This document shows positions 19,965-29,550 of a stretch of DNA of 64,000 bases, piece by piece. A model generated the notes under the pieces. That model did no database searches. It had not been told where the DNA came from and saw only the letters and a list, made by a program, of their open reading frames with translations. The DNA is from Candidatus Moranbacteria bacterium CG10_big_fil_rev_8_21_14_0_10_35_21 (GTDB taxonomy: Bacteria > Patescibacteriota > Minisyncoccia > Moranbacterales > UBA2206). Within the stretch, counting starts at the first letter, position 1. Each line of letters begins with the position of its first letter. The translations under genes and the position numbers were made by a program. Where the stretch lies: assembly GCA_002773095.1 (NCBI GenBank), contig PFCG01000018.1, forward strand, positions 25,008-89,007. The letters run 5' to 3'.

Positions 19965-21242
19965 TCATCTCCCTATCCCTTTATATATTATACCAAGTTT
20001 TCGGATTTTGTCCTTATCCAAACAATTCTTTCCATCTACAATAACTTTAATGCCAAACTTTTTAAAAATTTTTGGATTAATTTCCACAAATTCTTTATGA
20101 TCAGTCACTACCAAAACTGCGTCCGAATTTTCCAAAAGTTCTTCCAAAGATTTCACTGTGGATTTATTTTTAACATGCGGATCAAAAGAATTATATTTAG
20201 TTTTATATTCTTCCAATAATTTGATGATTTTAAAATAGGGGGATTCACGCATATCATCCACATTGGCCTTGTAGGAAATTCCCAACACTCCCACTCGCAC
20301 ATTTTTCATTGGCTTACCAGCCAAGTTTAATGCATCTTGTAACAATTCCACTGTATAGTTCGACATAGAATTATTGATTTTTCTAGCCAACTTTAAGAAA
20401 TCATGACTAAAACCAGAAAGTTTGGCTCGTTCAATTAGATAATATGGATCTACTGGGATGCAATGTCCACCTACTCCACAAGAGGGGAAATGAGCCATAA
20501 AGGCAAACGGTTTAGTGGCGGCACCTAGAATCACATCCTTCACATCAATATCCATTTTTTCAAACGATCTGGCCAACTCATTCACAAAAGCAATGTTAAT
20601 ATCTCGAAAAGAATTTTCCACAATTTTGACCGCTTCAGCTTCACGAATGGATTTCATCGGGCGAATAGCACCATCCACAATACTTTCATAAAATTCTTTG
20701 GCTATTTTTAATCCTTTAGCATCGAATGATCCAACCACGCGGGGGATATTAGTGACATTCCATTTTTTGTCACCGGGATTGATTCTTTCTGGACAGTGGG
20801 CCAGAAAAACATCTTTCCCAATTTCATATCCCGCTTTTTCAAATATTGGTTTAACCACTTCTTCTGAAACTCCCGGATTAACTGTTGATTCCAAAACCAC
20901 CAAAGCGCCTTTTTTTAAATTTCGTGCTACCGCTTCAGAAGCGCCAATAACTGGACTCAAATCTGGGTAAAATTTTTTGTCCACTGGGGTGGGAACGCAA
21001 ATCAAAACAATATCTGCTTCTTTAATTATTTTTTCGTCTGTTGAAGCCTTAACTTTAAATTTCGGCAAATTTTCTTCTAGAAATTTTTCTTCAATGGGAC
21101 TTTTTCCTTGATTAATCAAATCCACTTTCCGTTGATTCATTTCCAATCCTAGAATTTTATAGCCTTTTTCTGAACAACGCACTGCCAAAGGCAATCCCAC
21201 ATATCCCAAGCCAACAACGCAAACTGTTTTCTTTTGCTTCAT
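19965..21242 (-). CDS. Nucleotide-sugar dehydrogenase (UDP-GlcNAc / UDP-ManNAc 6-dehydrogenase, WecC/WbpA-like)
   Basis: NAD fold VCVVGLGYVGLPLAV. Catalytic Cys region CGVGGHCIPVDPYYL. C-terminal UDP-binding domain. Confidence 0.8.
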   Translation of the reverse strand: MKQKKTVCVVGLGYVGLPLAVRCSEKGYKILGLEMNQRKVDLINQGKSPIEEKFLEENLPKFKVKASTDEKIIKEADIVLICVPTPVDKKFYPDLSPVIGASEAVARNLKKGALVVLESTVNPGVSEEVVKPIFEKAGYEIGKDVFLAHCPERINPGDKKWNVTNIPRVVGSFDAKGLKIAKEFYESIVDGAIRPMKSIREAEAVKIVENSFRDINIAFVNELARSFEKMDIDVKDVILGAATKPFAFMAHFPSCGVGGHCIPVDPYYLIERAKLSGFSHDFLKLARKINNSMSNYTVELLQDALNLAGKPMKNVRVGVLGISYKANVDDMRESPYFKIIKLLEEYKTKYNSFDPHVKNKSTVKSLEELLENSDAVLVVTDHKEFVEINPKIFKKFGIKVIVDGKNCLDKDKIRKLGIIYKGIGR

Positions 21243-21378
21243 AAAAAATGGCCATTAATTATTATTTTATAATGTTTACAGTATATCAAAAAAACTTGTT
21301 CTAGTAAAATATCCTCCCTAAAGGAAATCCATATCCCTTGAAATTCGTTTTTCTAAAATTAAATCATTATTTCACCTG

Positions 21379-21422
21379 AAAATAGAGACTTCCATAGAGG
21401 CCTCTATGGAAGTCTCTATTTT
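21379..21422. repeat. Perfect 44-bp palindrome in a divergent intergenic region
   Basis: aaaatagagacttccatagagg|cctctatggaagtctctatttt is fully self-complementary with an A-run on one side and a T-run on the other. Confidence 0.9.
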
Positions 21423-21671
21423 AGTTGACATCTTCCTTTTGATGTGCTACTTTTCTCTATTAAAAAATAGCTGCTTTTTTATGGGAGAAACAGACAAACT
21501 AGAAATTGCCTTTCATCTATTTATTTTTTTGGCCGTAATCGTTACGACTGGAATTTTTGGATATTACGCCGTTTCTTTAGCCGTAATGTTTTTAGTATAA
21601 ATATTTCATTTCATTTAAGTCGCTTACTCTTGCAACTTTTTATTTTCCCAAAAATGATATAAAATAGAGTA

Positions 21672-22832
21672 ATGAAAATCGGAATTAACGCGTCGTTTGT
21701 GCGCAAGGAGAATACGGGAATTGGACAGGTAACGATTAATTTCCTCAGGAAATTAATCGTGCAACATGAAACATGCAACATGAAACATGAGTTTGTTTTG
21801 TATTTGGAAGAGGATTTTGATTTAGACTTACCAGAAAATATTACCAGGCGCGTATTTTTGCCAATATGGAAACGCGATGATTTGATCCGCAAAATTTGGT
21901 GGGAAAAATATTTATTGCCAAAAATTGTGAAAAAAGATGGATGTGATATTTTTATTAGTTTATACCAATGCACTACCATATTACCTAATAAGGTAAAGCA
22001 CTTGATGGTGGTTCAAGATATTATTCCGAAACTTTTTCCTGAATATCTCAATAATTCACGCAAGCGATATTATTGGAATTTAACAGAAAAAGCCATTGAT
22101 AAAGCAGATAAAATTGTAGCTATCTCTAAACGGACTGAAAAAGATTTGATTCAACACCTAGTTATTGAGGCAAAAAAAATAGCCACTAATTATCTGGATG
22201 TAGATGAAATTTACAAAAAAAAGGTTTCCATTGAAACCAACGCTCGGGTTTTAAAAAAATATAAATTAGCTCCCGGCTATATTTATCACGGTGGGGGATT
22301 GGATGTCAGAAAAAATACGGAAAGTGTTATTCGCGCCTACAAGATTCTTCGGGATAAATTTTCCAGAAGCTTCTATGGCCACTTTCCTAAATTGGTAATT
22401 TCTGGAAAGCTACGACCTGAAATGGCACCTTTGATCACTGACGTAAAAAAAATTTCCAGAGAGCTCAATTTAACCAAAGAAATAAAATTTATTGGTTTTG
22501 TTCCGCAAAAAAGTTTACCCGCTATTTATAAGAATGCTTCAATGTTTGTCTATCCTTCCAAATATGAAGGGTTTGGCCTACCAATTTTAGAAGCTATGAA
22601 TCAAGGCACTCCAGTTATTACAGCTAAAACTTCTTCCTTGCCAGAAGTAGGAGGCGACGCGGTGCTTTATTGCAATCCTGATGATATTTATGAGTTGGTA
22701 ATGATAATGAAAAATGTTTTGACGAATGAAGATTTGCGTCGAACTCTTTCCGAAAGAGGAAAAGAAAGAGCCAAAAATTTTTCTTGGAATAAATTTGTCA
22801 AAAAAGTTTTGAATATTGTGGAAAATTTATAA
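21672..22832 (+). CDS. GT4-family glycosyltransferase
   Basis: N-terminus MKIGINASFV...TGIGQVTINFLRKL and YEGFGLPILEAMNQGTPVITAKTSSLPEVGGDAVLY. Confidence 0.8.
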   Translation: MKIGINASFVRKENTGIGQVTINFLRKLIVQHETCNMKHEFVLYLEEDFDLDLPENITRRVFLPIWKRDDLIRKIWWEKYLLPKIVKKDGCDIFISLYQCTTILPNKVKHLMVVQDIIPKLFPEYLNNSRKRYYWNLTEKAIDKADKIVAISKRTEKDLIQHLVIEAKKIATNYLDVDEIYKKKVSIETNARVLKKYKLAPGYIYHGGGLDVRKNTESVIRAYKILRDKFSRSFYGHFPKLVISGKLRPEMAPLITDVKKISRELNLTKEIKFIGFVPQKSLPAIYKNASMFVYPSKYEGFGLPILEAMNQGTPVITAKTSSLPEVGGDAVLYCNPDDIYELVMIMKNVLTNEDLRRTLSERGKERAKNFSWNKFVKKVLNIVENL

Positions 22833-24435
22833 TATGTTTGAACGTTTAAAAAATATTAATAAAATTAAATTAGGGCTTCTGAACACCAATATTTTGTTGG
22901 TTTTCTTTTTGATTTTGCTTTCCAATCTGGGCGTTTTACCTTTCCAAAAAATGGGTGATTTTTTGTTTTTTGTTTTCCTAATTTTGGTTTTCGCTCTTTA
23001 CCGACCTGGTTGGGCCTTTTTATTCTTCATCGGGACCATCGCATTGGAAAATATCAATTTAGCTCCACGGGAAATTGGCATAATGATTCGGCCCTATCAA
23101 TTTTTTGGCACTCTTTCTATTTTGGCTATCGCAATCAGATTTTTGGCCAAGCGCCTTAATTTTCCATTGATTAAATTAAAATGGCCGGATTATTTAATTA
23201 TCCTTTTGGCTATTAGTAGTTTTATGAGTGCTTTCGCTTCACCAGATAAAATGGCTAGTTTAAAGCTGGCTGTTATTTTTCTTTCTTTTGTTTTTCTTTA
23301 TTTTTTGTCTCGGACTTTTATTCAAAATGCAGATGATTTGAAAAGAATTGTTCCTTTTTTCCTAAGTTCTTCCCTAATAATTATTTTTTATGGTATTTGG
23401 CAGAATATTCAATTTATTTTCGGCGGTAATGCCTTTGAAACTATGCCCGGAAGACCTAATGCCACGTTTTTTGAAGCCGATTGGCTGGGAATGTATTTGG
23501 TACTTTTATTAGCCACCCTATATTCTTTTATTTATTATTTCAATAAAAAATTATCGGCTATTTCTGGAATTATTAACGAAATTATAAATTATAAGCTACA
23601 AAAAATTATTTTATACACAATATATTTAGTACTCACGGCTTCATATATTTTATTAATTCTAACAGTTTCTCGAAGTGCTTGGTTGGGAGCGGCGACAGTT
23701 ACTTTAATTTTTTTGATAATAATTTTAACAAATTTAAAAAGTAACAATTGGAAGTGGAAGTTATTTACAAAAGTACTCCGAAATCTTGCTATAGCCGGAA
23801 TTTGTAGTATTGGGATTGTATATTTTTTCAATCTGACTAGTTTTCAGCTTTTTAATCGCGCACAAAGTACTGGAACAGGATTACAAAAAATTACTATCGC
23901 TTGCGAAAAACGGGTAGTCTTACCTGAAACGATTGCTGATATAGAGGAACTAAAGAAACATGATTGCAAACATATAAATTTAGAGGACATTGAATCAAAT
24001 AAAAGTGCTGGCAAAATAATTATGGAAGTTTACCGCCCGGATCCCAATGTGAATATTCGCCAAGAAATTTATCAAAAGTCCTTGGCAGAAATTAAGGATC
24101 ATCCAATTTTTGGAGTAGGATGGGGGAGCATCGGAAAAGTATTGGGAACTGACGAACGTGGAACAGACCTCAATTCCAGTAATATATTTCTGGAAATATA
24201 TTTAGGATCAGGCGTTGTAGGATTTTTAGCCTTTATTATTGTTTGGATTTATATTTTAGTATCCTCCATTAGAAATTTTTATTCCGCCAAAAATGAACTC
24301 TATAAAACTGTGGCAGCATTCATACTGTTAGGATTAATTGGATTGACTACTGCCAACTTGTTTAATGCCGGGATTCTGCTAGGCTTTATATGGGTCTTTT
24401 TGGCCCTTGGATTGATTAATAAGAAACCATCTTAA
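22816..24435 (+). CDS. O-antigen ligase / polymerase-like membrane protein (Wzy_C / WaaL family)
   Basis: LTVSRSAWLGAATVTL, a large periplasmic loop and HPIFGVGWGS, with about 12 TM helices. Confidence 0.65.
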   Translation: MWKIYNMFERLKNINKIKLGLLNTNILLVFFLILLSNLGVLPFQKMGDFLFFVFLILVFALYRPGWAFLFFIGTIALENINLAPREIGIMIRPYQFFGTLSILAIAIRFLAKRLNFPLIKLKWPDYLIILLAISSFMSAFASPDKMASLKLAVIFLSFVFLYFLSRTFIQNADDLKRIVPFFLSSSLIIIFYGIWQNIQFIFGGNAFETMPGRPNATFFEADWLGMYLVLLLATLYSFIYYFNKKLSAISGIINEIINYKLQKIILYTIYLVLTASYILLILTVSRSAWLGAATVTLIFLIIILTNLKSNNWKWKLFTKVLRNLAIAGICSIGIVYFFNLTSFQLFNRAQSTGTGLQKITIACEKRVVLPETIADIEELKKHDCKHINLEDIESNKSAGKIIMEVYRPDPNVNIRQEIYQKSLAEIKDHPIFGVGWGSIGKVLGTDERGTDLNSSNIFLEIYLGSGVVGFLAFIIVWIYILVSSIRNFYSAKNELYKTVAAFILLGLIGLTTANLFNAGILLGFIWVFLALGLINKKPS

Positions 24436-25580
24436 TGCACATAGGAATAGACATTAGAAATATAGGGAAAAAAAGAACCGGCGATGAGGTGGTGTTTTTT
24501 AATTTAGTAAAGCATTTGGCTTTAATTGACAGTATAAATGAATATTCACTTTTCACAGACATAACCGACACTACCATACTACATAGTATAGTAGTAAAAT
24601 TGGGAGTTGAGTTGAAAAATAATTTTAAAATTATTTCCTTGCCTTGTTCGAATAAATTTGTTTGGAATTTTTGGACATTACCGAAATATTTACGGCGTAA
24701 TCCGGTAGACATTTATCAGACGCAATACATTACTCCATTTTTTGTGCCAAAGAAAGTGAAAATAATCACCATTATTCATGATATTTCTTTTAACTTTTTT
24801 CCTCGATTAATCAAACTTCTTGATCTTATTTTTCTAAAAATTTTTATTCCTATCAGCCTCAAGCGAGCCGAAAAAATTCTGACCGTTTCTCAATTCACTC
24901 GTGATGAAATAATAAATTATTATCACATTCCGAATGAAAAAATAGATTTTTTTTATAATTCCATTTCTGACAATTTTTCCAAACTAGCCACTGATCAAGA
25001 AATGGCTTTGGCTGAGAAAAAATATAATTTACCGGAAAAATTTATTTTTTATATTGGAACTATGCAACTCAGAAAAAATTTATTTTTTTTAATTGAGGCT
25101 TTCGCTAAAATAAAAAATAGATTACCTGGAGTTAAATTGGTTTTAGCCGGAAATAAAGGCGCCCATAATTATGATTCTCAAATTGATATGGTAATAAAAA
25201 AGTATTCTCTGAAAAATGAGGTTATTTTTCCTGGCTTCATTGATGAACAAGATAAATCGGCTGTTTTTCGAAAAGCTCAACTTTTTTGCTTTCCCTCTTT
25301 ATATGAAGGTTTTGGCATTCCCCTTTTAGAGGCTATGAGTCAGGAAGTTCCAGTTCTAGCTTCAGATATTCCCAGCCTACGGGAAGTAGCGGAAAAAGGA
25401 GCTTTATTTTTTAATCCAAAACAGGTTGCTGATTTGTCAGAAAAAATATATAATATTTACAATGATGAAAATTTAAGAAATGCTCTTCGCCAGTCCGGTC
25501 GTGACCGGCTACGGTTTTTTTCTTGGGAAACTGCAGCCGAAAAAATTTTAAATATTTATAACAATTTAATTAAGAAATAA
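24435..25580 (+). CDS. GT4-family glycosyltransferase
   Basis: YEGFGIPLLEAMSQEVPVLASDIPSLREVAEKGALFFNP. Confidence 0.8.
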   Translation: MHIGIDIRNIGKKRTGDEVVFFNLVKHLALIDSINEYSLFTDITDTTILHSIVVKLGVELKNNFKIISLPCSNKFVWNFWTLPKYLRRNPVDIYQTQYITPFFVPKKVKIITIIHDISFNFFPRLIKLLDLIFLKIFIPISLKRAEKILTVSQFTRDEIINYYHIPNEKIDFFYNSISDNFSKLATDQEMALAEKKYNLPEKFIFYIGTMQLRKNLFFLIEAFAKIKNRLPGVKLVLAGNKGAHNYDSQIDMVIKKYSLKNEVIFPGFIDEQDKSAVFRKAQLFCFPSLYEGFGIPLLEAMSQEVPVLASDIPSLREVAEKGALFFNPKQVADLSEKIYNIYNDENLRNALRQSGRDRLRFFSWETAAEKILNIYNNLIKK

Positions 25581-25584
25581 AAAT

Positions 25585-26793
25585 ATGTATTTTACAGAAA
25601 AGTTTTCTGATTCCAATAAACCCGCCCAAGAAAAATTTTATAAAAAAAAGTGGTTTAAAATCGCCGGACCAATTATTCTTATTTTAATCATTGGGGGCTG
25701 TGCGATGGCTTTTAAGACTGGCCTAACTCTGAACAAAATAACTGGTGGAGGCCTTTTGCAGTCTGTCATTCACAATATTCCGGGAGTCAAAAACACTCTT
25801 AAAGGAGAAGAAGATGGTAGAATTAATATTTTACTTTTAGGTATGCGTGGAGAAAATGTCCCCGGAGGAGGACTTTTAGCCGACACTATTATGGTGGCTA
25901 GTATCCTGCCTCAAGAAAATAAGGTAGCTTTAATTTCTATTCCTCGTGATCTTTATGTAAACAATCCCGGTTGGGCCAATAAAAGTAAAATTAATGCTGT
26001 TTATGCGGCTGGGGAAGAAAAAGAGAGGAGTAAAGGATTAGCGGATATGAAGCAAGTGGTGGGTGATATTACTGGGTTGCCTATTTATTATGCTTCTAGC
26101 ATTAACTTTAAAGGTTTTTCTGATTTAGTGAATACTTTGGGCGGAATTGAAATAACTCTTAAGGAATCTTTTTCCGAGCCATTACAGTTTAATGAACCCC
26201 ACCCGTGTGATTCTAATGTTTTTACCAAGCCCACTGGAAAATATGAAACCAAAGAAGTGGTTACTAGCCGAAAGTTAGATGGAAGAAAAAGTTACAAAAC
26301 AGAAACTTTTTCTACTTGCACTAATCCGGATATAGAATGTGGTGGCAATTTTTCCCTTCCGGCCGGAACGCAAACTCTTGATGGAGAAACCGCACTCTGT
26401 TATGTTAGATCTCGTACTACTTCCAGTGATTTTGAAAGAGCTAAGCGCCAACAAATTGTAATTCAAAAAATTAGAGAAAAAGGTCTAAGCATTGGAACCC
26501 TGAGTGATTTTTCAAAGATTAGCGGAATGCTAAATAGCTTGGGAGACAACGTTAGAACAGATATGCAAATATGGGAAATTCAAAAACTTTTTGATATTTA
26601 TCGGGAAATGAATAATCCTCAAGTATTTCAACGGGTTTTGGAAAATAGTGGAGAGGAATTCCTTTATAGCCCCAAAGAAAGTAATGGAGCCGGTTATATC
26701 CTTTTGCCTATTGGTGATAACTACGACAAAATTCGTGAGATGGCTGAAAATATTTTCACTTTGCCGGCTCAATCGGATATTGAACCAAAATAA
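25585..26793 (+). CDS. LCP-family (LytR-CpsA-Psr) glycopolymer phosphotransferase with a C-terminal extension
   Basis: An N-terminal TM is followed by RINILLLGMRGENVPGGGLLADTIMVASILPQENKVALISIPRDLYV, the LCP signature. Confidence 0.8.
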   Translation: MYFTEKFSDSNKPAQEKFYKKKWFKIAGPIILILIIGGCAMAFKTGLTLNKITGGGLLQSVIHNIPGVKNTLKGEEDGRINILLLGMRGENVPGGGLLADTIMVASILPQENKVALISIPRDLYVNNPGWANKSKINAVYAAGEEKERSKGLADMKQVVGDITGLPIYYASSINFKGFSDLVNTLGGIEITLKESFSEPLQFNEPHPCDSNVFTKPTGKYETKEVVTSRKLDGRKSYKTETFSTCTNPDIECGGNFSLPAGTQTLDGETALCYVRSRTTSSDFERAKRQQIVIQKIREKGLSIGTLSDFSKISGMLNSLGDNVRTDMQIWEIQKLFDIYREMNNPQVFQRVLENSGEEFLYSPKESNGAGYILLPIGDNYDKIREMAENIFTLPAQSDIEPK

Positions 26794-26804
26794 ACTAAAA
26801 CCTA

Positions 26805-27620
26805 ATGAAGCTTTCCATTATCGTAACCAGTTATAAAAACCCGGGATTGCTTCGGCTTTGTCTTGATTCAATTAAAAATAATCTGACTTTGAGCGATTTT
26901 GAAATAATCGTAGCCGACAGTGAAACAGAAGAAGATACGGAAATCTTAATGAGAGAAAGTTATCCGGAAATAAAATTTTTGCCCAGCCAAAAGAATGTCG
27001 GCTTTCAATTTTTGGTTCGTCGCGGTTTTGAAACTAGTCAGGGAGATTATATTTTTATTCTAAATGGAGATATCATAGCCACTGAGCGATCAATTGAAAA
27101 ACTTCTAGAATATCTGGAAAATAATCCTTCCGTTGGACTAGTTGGACCGAAACTTTTAAATTTTAATGAAACTCTGCAATATTCCTGTTTCCGTTTCTAC
27201 AAACCTACCACCATTATCTACCGCCGAACTTTTTTGGGAAAATTCGGTTTTGCTCAAAAAACCCTTGATTATTTTTTAATGAAGGACTTTGATCGCCAAA
27301 ACACCCGCGAAGTAGATTGGATTATGGGTTCCGCTATTATGACTTCCAGAAAAGCCATAAAAAAAGTAGGTTTAATGGATCCGCGTTTTAAAATGTATTT
27401 AGAAGATACAGATTGGTGCCGACGTTTCTGGAAAAACAGCTACTCAGTAGTTTATTTCCCCAATTCCCAAATGTATCATTACCACGGACGAGGATCAGCT
27501 GGAAAAAATGCTATTCAGCTTCTACTTTCCAATCCTCTCACTTGGCTGCACATTTCTAGCGCCCTAAAATATTTTATTAAATACCTAGGTCAGCCATCTC
27601 CCCATAAAGAAAAACTCTAA
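26805..27620 (+). CDS. GT2-family glycosyltransferase
   Basis: KLSIIVTSYKNPGLLRLCLDSI and EDTDWCRRF, which are GT2 family A motifs. Confidence 0.75.
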   Translation: MKLSIIVTSYKNPGLLRLCLDSIKNNLTLSDFEIIVADSETEEDTEILMRESYPEIKFLPSQKNVGFQFLVRRGFETSQGDYIFILNGDIIATERSIEKLLEYLENNPSVGLVGPKLLNFNETLQYSCFRFYKPTTIIYRRTFLGKFGFAQKTLDYFLMKDFDRQNTREVDWIMGSAIMTSRKAIKKVGLMDPRFKMYLEDTDWCRRFWKNSYSVVYFPNSQMYHYHGRGSAGKNAIQLLLSNPLTWLHISSALKYFIKYLGQPSPHKEKL

Positions 27621-27630
27621 AAAAATACCT

Positions 27631-28896
27631 ATGGAAAATAACTTACCAGAATGCGGTTATAAAAAAACAGGAGAAAAATTTTTAAAAAAATATTTATCTT
27701 TATTTTTTACGCTTTTTTTAATTGTCGCTGGTTATGGTATTGGTTATGAAAAAGGAAAATCATCCATCGATGATTCTCCTAAGCCCATTATTTCTACTAA
27801 CATTGCCAATCAAAAGCCTACTCAAGAACAAAACCTTGATTTTTCCCTTTACTGGAAGGCTTGGGATTTAGTAAAAGAAAAATACGTTGGAAAAAATTCC
27901 ATAGACGCCCAAAAACTTTTGTATGGCTCTATTAATGGTATGCTAAAGGCCACCGGTGATCCTTATATGAATTTTTTTGATCCGGAAGAAACCAAAATTT
28001 TCAATCAAGATATGGAGGGCAGTTTTGAAGGTATTGGAGCAGAATTAGGTATAAAGGATGATATTCTCACCATTATTGCACCATTAGATGAATCTCCAGC
28101 TCAGAAAGCCGGCTTACGCGCAGGAGATAAAATACTAAAAATCGGAGAAAAATTAACTTCCGACACCTCTATTGATGAGGCGGTAGATTTAATTCGCGGG
28201 AAAAAAGGAACCGAAATAAAATTGACCGTTCTTCATCAGGGACAAGACGAAACTGAAGAAATTTCCATTATTCGTGATGTTATTTTAGTAGCCAGTGTCA
28301 AGCTGGAATTTAAGGAAGATAACTTAGCTTATTTAAAAATCAACAAATTTGGAGAAGACACCTTCAAAGAATTTTCCGAAGCAGTCAATAAAATATTATC
28401 TCATAATTCCCCAGGCCTAATTATTGATCTTCGAAACAATCCGGGAGGCTTTTTGGATCAGACAGTTAAAATTGCCGGATTACTTTTGCCCAGAAATTCT
28501 TCAGTGGTCATCGAAGAAGATTATGCTGGAAAAAAAGAAACATTAAAAACTTCCGGAGGAGACAAATTAAGTTCACTCCCAACCGTTATTTTAATTAATG
28601 AGGGCAGTGCCAGTGCCTCGGAAATTTTAGCTGGTGCTTTACACGATAATTTAGGCACTCAAATAATTGGCAAGAAATCTTTTGGTAAGGGAACAGTCCA
28701 AGAATTAATTAGTTTACCTACTAAAACTAGCATCAAAATAACTGTCGCTAAATGGCTAACACCCAAGGAAAATTATATCGATGAAAAAGGTATTAATCCT
28801 GATATAGAAATTGATTTAAGCCTAGATGATTTTAAAAATAATCGCGACCCACAGATGGAAAAAGCCCTAGAAATTCTTAAGGAGAAAATAAATTAG
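27631..28896 (+). CDS. ctpA: Carboxyl-terminal processing protease (S41 family, PDZ-containing)
   Basis: PDZ element GLRAGDKILKIG. S41 motifs TVILINEGSASASEILAGALHD and GKKSFGKGTVQ. Confidence 0.85.
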   Translation: MENNLPECGYKKTGEKFLKKYLSLFFTLFLIVAGYGIGYEKGKSSIDDSPKPIISTNIANQKPTQEQNLDFSLYWKAWDLVKEKYVGKNSIDAQKLLYGSINGMLKATGDPYMNFFDPEETKIFNQDMEGSFEGIGAELGIKDDILTIIAPLDESPAQKAGLRAGDKILKIGEKLTSDTSIDEAVDLIRGKKGTEIKLTVLHQGQDETEEISIIRDVILVASVKLEFKEDNLAYLKINKFGEDTFKEFSEAVNKILSHNSPGLIIDLRNNPGGFLDQTVKIAGLLLPRNSSVVIEEDYAGKKETLKTSGGDKLSSLPTVILINEGSASASEILAGALHDNLGTQIIGKKSFGKGTVQELISLPTKTSIKITVAKWLTPKENYIDEKGINPDIEIDLSLDDFKNNRDPQMEKALEILKEKIN

Positions 28897-28935
28897 CTTC
28901 TTGCCTGAAACTTTTTTTTCGGATATAATGAATAT

Positions 28936-29385
28936 ATGAAAGTTATCCTACTTCAAGACATAAAAAATATCGGTAAAAAATGGGAAGTTAAAGAGGTTTC
29001 TAACGGCTTTGCCATAAATTTTCTTTTGCCTAAAAAAATGGTGGCTATGGCTACTGATTCTGCTTTAAAAAAATCTGAAAAAGAAAAAACCAATATCGTT
29101 GAAAAGGAAAAGGATGATTTAGAGAAAAATCAGCTTCTAGCCGAAAATCTACAAGGCAAGGAGTTGTTAATTAAGGCCAAAGAAAAAGAAGGAAAACTTT
29201 TTGGATCTATCTCGGCTAAAAACATTGCCAAAGAGTTAGCTCGAGAAAATTTTCAAATCAAAGAGGAATCTATTATTTTATCAGAACCTATCAAAGAAAT
29301 AGGGGAGTATGATATTAAGATAGAGCTAGGCCATGGGTTGGAATCTTTTCTGAAATTGGTGATAGAAAGTGAAAACGAAAAATAA
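28936..29385 (+). CDS. rplI: Ribosomal protein L9
   Basis: MKVILLQDIKNIGKKWEVKEVSNGFAINFLLPKKMV. Confidence 0.85.
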   Translation: MKVILLQDIKNIGKKWEVKEVSNGFAINFLLPKKMVAMATDSALKKSEKEKTNIVEKEKDDLEKNQLLAENLQGKELLIKAKEKEGKLFGSISAKNIAKELARENFQIKEESIILSEPIKEIGEYDIKIELGHGLESFLKLVIESENEK

Positions 29386-29550
29386 ACCCCACACCCAAAA
29401 CATAAACACAAAAATTTTCAGTATAGAACATTATTCCCAATAAAAATATTTGGGTGTAGGGGTAAAGACATATTTTAATAACTAAATCGGCCAAAAAGAG
29501 TCGCAGGGGAAGCGACTTTTTATCGTAAAAATTAATTTTTTAATTCTAAT

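Noticed and set aside
21406-21979. 64-aa plus-strand and 122-aa minus-strand ORFs around the divergent promoter and the GT4 N-terminus
   Set aside because: They overlap the palindrome and promoter region or lie antisense to a strong GT4 N-terminus. They have no recognisable domains and are likely non-coding.
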